Assembly (NCBI GenBank): GCA_900617105.1
Contig: UYFQ01000529.1
Coordinates: 1 to 50,505 of the forward strand
DNA: 50,505 bases
From: Hydrurus foetidus
Lineage: Eukaryota
Direction of reading: 5' to 3'
Made by a program: the position numbers and the translations under genes. Each line of letters begins with the position of its first letter. The first letter of the stretch is position 1. The notes under the pieces are model-generated. The model was not told where the DNA came from. It worked only from the letters and a program-made list of their open reading frames with translations, and searched no databases. Of this stretch, positions 36,091 through 45,803 are shown piece after piece.

Positions 36091-39000
36091 ATGGCAGGAA
36101 TTATTAGAATGAAAACAATGATGGTCGCCGTGATGGACATAGGACCATCCATGAGGAATAGCTCAGTAGAAACGAAGAGCAATGACTTTGGCGTTTCGAA
36201 ACTGTCGTTGGCTAAGAATTTTTTCGCATGCCACATTGTACAAAGAATGATGGCCGTTAAGACAGTCGAATTTTGTTTGCTACTTAACGGTGATGATTAT
36301 ACAAATAATCATTTGAATACCAGTCAAGGTGGATACAATCGAGTAAACGAGTTGTTCCCGATGCGAAAAGCTGGCTCTGATCTGATCGAAACTGTGCATG
36401 GTGTTACCTGTGGCTCAGCTCCTGGCGACACAATCGACGGCATTGTTGTTGGATTCGACGTCCTTGAAAAATCAAATGTCGGAAAAGCCTACAACAAAAT
36501 AATGTTACTGATAACAGACGGCGAAACGGAGATTGAGGGCCACGAGGACTTAGATCCTATCAAGGACAACATGTTATTGAAGGAGTGTGCGGTATATGTA
36601 CTGTTTCTGGGAAAGATTACCGAGAGCAGTTCATCAACTAAAATCCAAAACTCGGTCATTCTGAAGGAAATGGCTTCTGTAACAGGTGGCAGATTTAGAG
36701 AGGCGAATAATTTAGCTGATTGCTTTTCTTTGCTTGCATCCGCTCCAGGGCTCTGCACCAATCCACGGCAGTCGAAATATGTTCTTGAAATTTCACCTTA
36801 CATGAGAGTTCCCTGTGTTATATGGAATAAGACGAAGGCCATATCAATGCCAAGTCTAAAGAAAGCTCCTTTGCCCTCAGCTGATGTAGCGTATGATCCC
36901 ACTTCAACTGTGAAGTCTGATGTAACGTATCGCAATCCTGCCGATGATGACGAGGAGGTTTCTATGGGGGATCGAATCAGGGGTTACAAATACGGAGCCC
37001 AATTTATTCCTATTCAGGAAGATGAAGAGAGGGCATTTAAAGTACCGGGCGATCAAGGGATAGTGCTGATAGGCTTCATTGCATCATCAGCTGTACCTCG
37101 TCATCACTTCATGGGGAAGTCAATTGTATTGGAGGGTAATCCAGAGATCTCCAGTGCTTTAGATACTATACGGGCGCTCAACAGTGCCATGCGTACAAGC
37201 GATAAAGTGGCATTGGTGAGGTTTGTAAGCAAGCAAGATTCAGACCCGTATTTAGGTGTATTACTCCCAAATATTGCTGAGAAAGATAGCGGCAGTTCTT
37301 TTATTTTGCACAGATTACCAGTGGCAGAAGATATTCGAGAATATGCTTTTCCATCCTTTGCAGCAAGCGCTTCTCACTCTGAGCAGAGAAAAGCTCTTTC
37401 CCAATTCGTTGATAAAATGTCGCTACTCAGCCCTCTTCCAACCCAACTGCATCCATTTAATCCAACTAAAATTGAAATTCTCGGTGAGTTGCAGAAGAGA
37501 TATTTGTCAGGCGGTGAAGTCCAGTTTGAGGTACCATCGTTTGTAGAGCCGCTAACTCCCATCATTGTCGGTACGATTTCCAAATCAATTCTGACTTATG
37601 ATTGAAAGTGGCTGCTATAATTCACAATTTATTTGTGTTGCATTTACAGAGACAATTTATGTACTTTCATGCCATTAACTATGATTGGCTATCGTTATCT
37701 GAATCGTTATTTGACCCATTATTTGAATACAATAGACGGCTATACAGAGTGTTTGAGAAATCTTTGTTCAAAATTCCCATTGAAGATGTTTGTTGGTGGC
37801 GTAACAAAGAAGAGATTGTTTTGGAGTGATATTCAAATAACATCCGGGGACACCGATGAAAATGGAAGCAAGAAGTCAAAGGGCAATGGAGAGGTAAAAG
37901 ACATTTCTTCACATAACGTGCTTGTCCTGCACAGAATGGAAAGTGCTTCTCTGTGAGTAGTATGATTATCTGTAAACAGTATGGTTATGCGTATCTTCAC
38001 ATTGAATCGTGAAAACATTTGTGTCACTCTATAATCTTATATCCATCCCGAAGGATACAGAATCCGAATGATAAAAGGGAGGTATATTGATGAAACAAAT
38101 ATATCATACTCTTTGTCTTGCTTGACTACATTTATCATTATCAGAATTTATGATTGATACGAAGAGAGAAGTGTGGCGATTTCTTTTGTTGCCCACTTTA
38201 TGCACTGCATTGCACTACATCTCATATGATATCACCTCCTCTTACATCTTATCGTATGACAAGATACCACCTTACATAATATCATCTTATGTCATCTCAT
38301 CTTATATCGTATCCTATCATCTAATGTCATTTTCTTTTGTACCACATATCGTACTATCAGTCCATCGCATCGGCAGGGTCAGAGGGATTAAACACAAAGA
38401 CCCCTGGGGACAAAAAACGGGAAGAAAGAGCCCGTATGTACAGCGCCCTTATCTCAGCTGCAAGCAGTGCTGCACAGCAATTCACCACAGGATCAGTCAA
38501 TCCGGTGGATGAGTTTAATTGTGTTATGTCCGCTCTCTCAGCATTGCACTTGGAGAATGTAAAGGAGAAGATCAATTCCAGTGACGGCATTCAATCGGAA
38601 CGCAGCAGCAGCAGCAGCAGTAGCAGCGGAGACAATGACAGCAACAATAACAATGTCGATCAGAGCGAGAGTGAGAGACTGAATGCAGCGAGAAGACAAA
38701 TCGCAGAGCTCGCTATGAGCACTATGACGAGTGTTGTCGAGCAGCTCGTCACAGCGGGCGGATCTCCAGCGTATCACAGGAAAGCCATCGCATGTCTGGA
38801 GGTGAGCAACACTGTACACCTGCTCTTTGCCATCTAGGTGTCCATGACGTCTTATTTTTGATTGCTAACAGTAATTCGTACTTTGTAGCTGAATATACTT
38901 TCACACCCTAACGTGATTTCGAGCGTTTCTGTAACTTTGCCGACATTTGAATTTTACATGAACAGACATTGCGAGAGGCAGCGATCAAGGAAGGAGTCTG

Positions 39001-39250
39001 TGAACCGTTTAACACGTTCTTGAAAGAAATAGTGAAAGATTCCTATCGGAATATTCCGCGATGCGTTCCCTTCTGGAACATGGTCGTCGCAAAGAACATT
39101 ACTCTCGTCTCACGGTTAGAATCGCAAGAATCAGAAGTAGACTCTGAAACTGCATCTAAATTTCTTGTTGAAGAGGAGATTGTTGTTGAGAAAGAAGTTG
39201 TAAAGGAAGTCGTTGTTGAGGATGATGATATGTTTGGCGAAATGGAATGA
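36091..39250 (+). CDS. XRCC5: Ku80, NHEJ DNA end-binding subunit
   Basis: vWA start (VMDIGPSM...LITDGE), core (GYKYG..FIP, VPRHHFM, ALVRFV, LPVAEDIREYAFPSF), C-terminal GSVNPVDEF, YHRKAIACLE.LREAAI, FW..V....ITLVS..ES, acidic tail DDDMFGEME. Confidence 0.93.
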
Positions 39251-39622
39251 TTCGCTAACTTTATAAATCTACTGCTTACTTTACATCGCTTGATACATCT
39301 GTCACTAATTAGATAACCAATACTTGATTTAATTTTAATCAAATAAAACGAATGTTATCAGTGGAAGTTTTGGATGCTATTCAGTAGCTTACTGCTGGGG
39401 CTGCAAAGATTGAATGCAGTCATGGAGTTGCTCCAGAAGCTCGAGGGCACTCCCCCAAATGCCGATTCATTGAAGATTTCTACCATCTGAAAGCAACCAA
39501 GTGAGAGTTATAAATGAAAAGTTATCAAGTGGGGGACATTGAAAGCACATTCTATAGTCGACTAGTCGGGTTTCTTCTCAGCACATCGTGTGCCACTTTC
39601 GACACTTTTCGAACAAACTGAG

Positions 39623-40380
39623 ATGCAACTGCTGAAACAGCTCGTCACCGTCTGCTTATTCGTCGCAACTGTTTCACTCAGCAAAATGAGCGGTGCAATC
39701 ACATCCGGAGCTAGCAGCCTTTTCAGATCGAAATCGACGATATCCTTAGAGTTGGCGAAACAAATTGCTGCTGCAGCATCGGATGAGGTGCGAATGGGTA
39801 CGGTACACCATAATTTTAAGCGGAATTCCACTAAATCGTCACTGCTATGCTCCTTAGGCTCGATCTAACGGATGGAACGTTGTATGCAGCATTCTCGATG
39901 ACGGAGGAAATTTGATATATTTGGTGAGAGAAAACCCACAGTTATTGACGGTATTATAGGATAATATAGGACGTCATGCGCTGCACCCTAACATCAAATG
40001 CTGTATCTGTAAATATCTTACTTAGGAGCGTATGGATGGGACACAGATAGGAAGCATTCAGGTAAACTATATTTGCTCAACATTACGACGAATGAGGGTC
40101 TCAACGGAACTACTTTTCGTTTCAAAAGGTTGCGCAAGACAAGGCTAAGACAGCGATTTATTTTAAGAGGTCTACAAAGACTTTCGAGGATATGGTTGCC
40201 AGTGGGAAGCAGAACTACCTCAAAATGGCGAACTGTCTGCCGATAGAAGGCGGCATGCCACTGTTTTATAAGAGTGAGTTGATTGGGTCGATAGGTATCA
40301 GTGGTGTGACGAGTGCACAGGATGGTCAGGTCGCAGCAGCTGGTGTTGCCAAGTTGGCTTCATTGGAGAGTTTACACTAA
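39623..40380 (+). CDS. GlcG/HbpS (DUF336) heme-binding family protein, 4 exons, N-terminal hydrophobic leader
   Basis: Exons 39623-39787, 39858-39923, 40026-40061, 40129-40380 give ISLELAKQIAAAA...WNVVCSILDDGGNLIYLERMDG...AQDKAKTA...PIEGGMPL...IGSIGISGVTSAQDGQVAAAG. Confidence 0.9.
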
Positions 40381-40651
40381 AATTTTCAAGAACGAAACAT
40401 CTGGATGATGTCATGATCCCTGATCACGTCTCTTTCGCCGGTGCCTCAGCTGTGGCGGACGTAGTAAATCGAAAAGCGTGATTCTGTCTCTGTGCTAGCT
40501 GATTGTTAGTTTCCTGACATAGAAGGAAACCAAAAAAATGTACAATTAATGTAGAAAAAATCCGATGTGATTTTACGATGTATGTACATCTTAGTTTTTG
40601 CAATGCGCTACAATAAATAACATGATTATGGCAAAGGACCCCTACATGAAG

Positions 40652-41713
40652 TCAATTAAAGTATGGCATTTCTTGGGGTATAGCATCATTGCTGCCGGAT
40701 TGCCTCTTCTTAGGACCTCTGTGCAATGGCATTTCGTTGCGACAAAGTGGACACGTGTTATGTCTCTCCAACCACACTTGAACACAGCCAGCATGGTAAA
40801 CATGCCGACATAACAGCTTCAGGACGGTGTTTCCTTCCAACATTAATTCCTGGCAAATCGAGCATTCCTCCTCGAATCTGCCACAAAGCAGTTTTGTGGG
40901 CATGGACTTCTTAAACATGGATTCTGAGGACGTCTGATTTGGATCGATCACCTCTCCACTACCTGATAGTGTTCTTGAATTGAGAAGTTTCGAAAGCAGA
41001 AGAGAGTCGGCATCGCTGACCATCATTACTGGAATATCCAAGCCCATGTCAGAGATTTCATTTGCACTATCTGTCATCACGAATGGCCAAATATCAAATG
41101 TTTGACAAACGATCAAAGCAGCAGCGCCAGATTTCTTTGCTGTGATTGCTTTTTGGGCAAAAGATACTTTCCCCCTCTTCAACACTACAATAGACCCCGA
41201 ACATACGGTACTATTGGACAGGTATGATGTTTCTCCAAACTCTGGATCACCAAGTATCATATGAGTTGCCAACTCATTAACAGGTATCGGTCCAAAGCTT
41301 GCAAGAACACACATGATGGATAGGGGTCCGATGGAAAGAGTTACATCATACAGTAATCCCCTCCTGGAATCCAAGACCACTTTCCCCAGCTTTGATAAAT
41401 ATTCTGTCGATATTTGTTTATCAGGAAGACTGAGAGCAAGAGAGTTTTGGATTTCTCTTCTTAAATCTTCACTAAGTAGGTCGAAAATATTAATTGGCTC
41501 CATGGGAATTCTCCGAGTTTCTGACAGCACATCATCCGCTCCTAGATTATCGACCAATTCTTCGCCGCAAGTCAGACAAAGCCTATCCCTTGTGTCAAGC
41601 AGTACGCCGTCATCACACACAGGACATCTTTTACCCCGTGTCCTCCTCCGTCTGTCTCCTCTAGGAAAAGATGTCTCTGCTGATCGCAGAATATCATCGA
41701 AGTTGACGTTCAT
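40652..41713 (-). CDS. Zn-ribbon + PA domain + RING-H2 E3 ubiquitin ligase
   Basis: CPVC...CLTC; PA motif GSIVVLKRGKVSFAQKAITAKKSGAAALIV; RING-H2 CSIC...LLCRHVYHAGCVQVWLERHNTCPLCR. Confidence 0.9.
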   Translation of the reverse strand: MNVNFDDILRSAETSFPRGDRRRRTRGKRCPVCDDGVLLDTRDRLCLTCGEELVDNLGADDVLSETRRIPMEPINIFDLLSEDLRREIQNSLALSLPDKQISTEYLSKLGKVVLDSRRGLLYDVTLSIGPLSIMCVLASFGPIPVNELATHMILGDPEFGETSYLSNSTVCSGSIVVLKRGKVSFAQKAITAKKSGAAALIVCQTFDIWPFVMTDSANEISDMGLDIPVMMVSDADSLLLSKLLNSRTLSGSGEVIDPNQTSSESMFKKSMPTKLLCGRFEEECSICQELMLEGNTVLKLLCRHVYHAGCVQVWLERHNTCPLCRNEMPLHRGPKKRQSGSNDAIPQEMPYFN

Positions 41714-41884
41714 AATTAGGCTTTCTCAATCCTACGTCGAAGAAACGGTCGGTGGTTTGACTTGGTGTCCCATTAGGCAACAAATGTTGTTGAAAGTTTC
41801 ACTTCCTGTTCTCTGGGAAACGTGAGTGACATAGTATCCTAATATTGTACATGATATACTTCTACTTCTACCTTCTACATGGTA

Positions 41885-43521
41885 CCGTAAACGTAATATG
41901 TCGTGAGAATGGTTTTCGTGAGAATTATTTGAAATACGAATTAATTGCTGAAAATTTGTGGTGAGAGAGAAGTACAGGAATTAATTAACTGAAAAAAAAA
42001 AGTACTGAGAATAATATTGGGCGTCGCACCACTATAAATGTTTCGAACCAGCGACCTCTGTAGCAGTAGAATTTAATCGCTCCAGCCAAAACCACGGAGC
42101 ATAAATGCTACGTATAGACTGTTGATAAAACAGCATAGTCTATGCTATATACATTTATATATTTGCAATTCTATGCATGGGGCTTCGGTGCAAAAATGGT
42201 CAAAGGAGAAGAAGGTGAATTTTTTTCAACCATCAATTAAATTAGGCGTAGAATTATCAATTTCTTCAAAAATCGAAAATAAATTGTGTGATACGCACAG
42301 CTGTACAGCTGTACGGGTACAGGCGTACGTTCGGCTCGGATCGAGGACGTTCCGATCCATCCGATTCATGACTTGCCTATCTCTGTGTTTATCTGATTCC
42401 TTCAGAGTATTCATTACATAATATTACACCATTTATCAACCACCACATGGTGTACTAGTCTAACAGCCAGGTATCGTACTCGAAGGTCAAAGGTTTGGAG
42501 AACATTTTGTAAAAGTTGACCGCTTTCGAAAAAGTTTTGCCGAAATTGAACGGAGGGGGGGGGGGGGAAATCCAATCCGACCTGATTAATTTATCCAAGA
42601 CTGCGCCGCCCTGAGGTAAAACTTAGCGGTAATTGACTTGTTCGAACCCGCAACCTCTGCGGCAGCAAAACGAAAAAGCTGCCACCATTACCACGAGGCA
42701 TCGAAAATACTCGTAACCTGCAGTGCACAAAAACATAAATTAGAGAAAAAAACCATTAAATCTAAAGTGGCGAAAAGAAAACATTCGCAGCCTCTCATGT
42801 CCTCCGATGACGATGAAAACCAACATAGCGCCAACATAAATGAAGAAGGTAACCGCTTAAACACATCATTAGTATCATCATTAGCAGCAGAAGCATCGTC
42901 ATCGTCATCGTCTTCATTCAAATCTTCAGAGATTATGAGTATGTTTCGAAGAACAGATTAATTATGCCCCCACTAAGCGATTAAAAGACCTCCAATATTT
43001 TGATTAAGTTGTTCTTGATTTCATAATTTCGAAAAAAATGTTTTTGATCACTCAAGCGAATCTGCATTGTAATCATCATCATCATCATCATTATCATTAG
43101 CAGCATAATCACCATCATCATTAGCAGCATCATCATCATCACCATTGGCATCATCGACACCATTGGCATCACCGTTAACGTCTTCATGGATATCTTCTTC
43201 AAATTTGATTCGTGTAATTCGCTTGACAACTTAATTATGCGCTGATCCTAATCGATGAAGAATTCTCATGATTTCATGTATTTCTTATTTATTTTAGCAT
43301 TTTTCTTAAAATTGCGTCAGCAAAAAAAATCCAGCAGTTACAGCTGTAAGGTCACGTGACAGCGAAATAATGATTTTGTATCTCAGCATCTTCGTAAAAT
43401 ATAATTAATTAAAAATATAGGGTGGTGAGAATCTTCCTGAGAATTAATTAATTAACCGGACCCTGCTGAGAATGATCCCAATAATTATTTGATAAATTCT
43501 CACGACATACTACGTTTACGG
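41885..43521. mobile_element. Non-autonomous Tc1/mariner-pogo-type TIR element, ~1.64 kb
   Basis: 26-bp TIRs CCGTAAACGTA[A/G]TATGTCGTGAGAAT with one mismatch, flanked by TA on both sides (41883-41884, 43522-43523). Subterminal GAGAAT repeats. No transposase ORF. Confidence 0.85.
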
Positions 43522-43546
43522 TATGGCATGTGGCACACAGCATACT

Positions 43547-43754
43547 GGGTGACACCGTTTATTCCCAGAAACCCAGACCCCCAGATTTAGGATTTGAAAA
43601 TCTGGGATTCTGGGATTTAGACAAGAAATCTGGAGACCCCCCTTTCTGGATTTATCTGGAATCCCAGAAATAGGACCCTAAATCACTCCAGATTTTTCAA
43701 AAATTTCACCCAAAATCTGGGGGTCTGGGTTTCTGGTAATAAACGGTGTCACCC
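43547..43754. mobile_element. MITE copy 1 (PIF/Harbinger-like), 208 bp
   Basis: ~40-bp TIR GGGTGACACCGTTTATT.CCAGAAACCCAGACCCCCAGATTT; 3-bp TSD ACT. Confidence 0.88.
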
Positions 43755-43757
43755 ACT

Positions 43758-43969
43758 GGGTGACAACGTTTATTCCCAGAAACCCAGACTCCCAGATTTT
43801 GGATTTGAAAATCTGGGATTCTGGGATTTAGACAAGAAATCTGGAGACCCCCCCCCCTTTCTAGATTTATCTGGAATCCCAGAAATAGGATCCTAAATCA
43901 TTCCAGATTTTTCGAAAATTCCACCCAAAATCTGGGGGTCTGGGTTTCTGGGAATAAACGTTGTCACCC
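43758..43969. mobile_element. MITE copy 2 (same family), 212 bp
   Basis: TIR GGGTGACAACGTTTATTCCCAGAAACCCAGAC...; ACT at 43755-43757 and 43970-43972. Confidence 0.88.
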
Positions 43970-43992
43970 ACTATTATATATATAAATGCACC

Positions 43993-44136
43993 TATATCTG
44001 CGTGGGAGCTGTGCCCTAGATAGGGAAACCCAAAAATTCCCTATCTAGGGTTTGGGTTTGACATAGGGCTACACGTACGTACACCCTATATAGTCAATAG
44101 GTGGGCTCCTCAAAACCCTAGCTCCCACGCGGTATA
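43993..44136. mobile_element. Small probable MITE with internal hairpin
   Basis: Inverted ends GCGTGGGAGCT (44000-44010) / AGCTCCCACGC (44120-44130) within TATA flanks. Internal 14-bp stem CCCTAGATAGGGAA...TTCCCTATCTAGGG. Confidence 0.55.
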
Positions 44137-44284
44137 ATGTTTAGCTAACGTTTTGCTAACGTTTTGTGAGTAATATGGATTAACCCTATATTCTCTGTGT
44201 ATATGGTTATTAATTATTAGTATTTATTTAAAAGAACCCATAACGTAAGGTAATGAGGCAGGCACTTACGGGTCCTTTTTTAAA

Positions 44285-44327
44285 AATGAGGTAATGAGGT
44301 AATGAGGTAATGAGGTAATGAGGTAAT
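44285..44327 (+). repeat. (AATGAGGT)x5 minisatellite
   Basis: Five perfect 8-bp units; a related unit lies at ~44247-44259. Confidence 0.9.
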
Positions 44328-45329
44328 TACCGTATTATAAATTCATCTAAGGTCGGTCAATATTTTTTCACCTATTAAAATATCTCAAATAAATCTTTAA
44401 CCATACGTAAGATATTCCTGCATTCAACCGTATTATATGATATAGCATGATAGCGATCCCTTCATAGCGATCCCTTTAGAGATAATCCTTTTGAGGTAGG
44501 TAGCGGAGGAGCGAGGGTAGGATCCAAGACTGTGAACTGTCAACTATCACACTTCGGACTGAAAGTTGCACCACTGATGATCCTGTGCAGCCCAACAATT
44601 GGTATTTTAGATAGCAACGAAGTGCTGCGTTATGCCATGCTGAGCACTTCAAATTATAATTGTGCATGGCTCTGTGCCATTGTGCCTTCACTTGAATGAG
44701 CTGTTGGAGCAACTTGGCCGATAAGATGAAAGCGATGTTTGATGTAAACAAATCAGTACTATTAGTCTGATGCACCAGGATCCAAGGGACAATTTCATTC
44801 CCAGACTGCAACCCTTGTTAAGTTGAGATATAATTAACTGTAAGCGGAATGGATGGAATTTTCTCTTAGTAGGATTAAAGTGGAGCAAGTTTTTTAAAAT
44901 TGGGGAAGGGGCTCGGGGTCAGGATTTTGAATCAAAACAATCCAGATTTGAACCGATTTCATCTAGTCTGTTCGTTCATCGATAATTACCTTCCCTGTCA
45001 TTTGATACATCGGATATACCCTTCTTTTCCAGATCTCGGGCTGATTGATTAAATTCGCAAAAAGCAATGCTAATTCTTATTTCTATTTTATTTACGTTTT
45101 GAAAAGAAGACGTTCCGTGTCAACTCAACTGGTGAATTGGCATTACAAGTTCGTTCCAGTTGTCTGTATCCTTCTACAAACAGCGTGAAAACACAATTGG
45201 GGTGGGGTGGGTATTGTGTATGTGTTTGTTTGCGTGCGTATGTGTATGTGCGTATGTATGTATGTATGTGCATGTGCGTGCTTGCGTATTTATGTGTGTG
45301 GGGGTGGTAATACTAAAGTAAAAGGACTC

Positions 45330-45600
45330 GGCATGCTACACAGCTACTGCATGCATGACAGATAACAATAAGAGCACTCTTCATTATGATGCCATGGCTC
45401 TGGCGACATCTATGATGAAAATATTGTAAAACGATTTGGCATGCTACACAGCTACTGCATGCATGACAGATAACAATAAGAGCACTCTTCATTATGATGC
45501 CTTGGCTCTGGCGACATCTATGATGAAAATATTGTAAAACGATTTGGCATGCTACACAGCTACTGCATGCGTGACAGATAATGTTAAGAGAAATCTTCAT
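45330..45600. repeat. 108-bp tandem repeat, ~2.5 copies
   Basis: Units start at 45330, 45438 and 45546; the first two are nearly identical. Confidence 0.92.
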
Positions 45601-45803
45601 CAATAAGTCCCTGCATTATAGGCATACCCAAAAATTGTGGCAAATTTGATTAAATAAAAGATGATTCGTAGCTAAATTTGGAACGTGTCTTAATAAAATA
45701 TGCGGCAGACTTCATCGTAGAAGGTGGAATGGTATGCACATCCCCAGCGTCGGAAGGGCTGAGGGTGTCGGAAATTAGCAAGTTCTTCTTGCTGCCCGTC
45801 AAC

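Noticed and set aside
42436..42462. Helitron 3' end (CACCACATGGTG...CTAGT)
   Set aside because: Stem of only 5 bp with a 2-nt loop, and no matching 5' end or Rep/helicase.
42981..43229. Met-rich 82-aa ORF
   Set aside because: Product of an (ATC/GAT)n microsatellite within the TIR element.
44285..44327. Telomeric repeat
   Set aside because: AATGAGGT is not a TTAGGG/TTTAGGG-type unit; only five internal copies.
45330..45600. CRISPR-like array
   Set aside because: Contiguous tandem units with no unique spacers, no cas genes, eukaryotic context.
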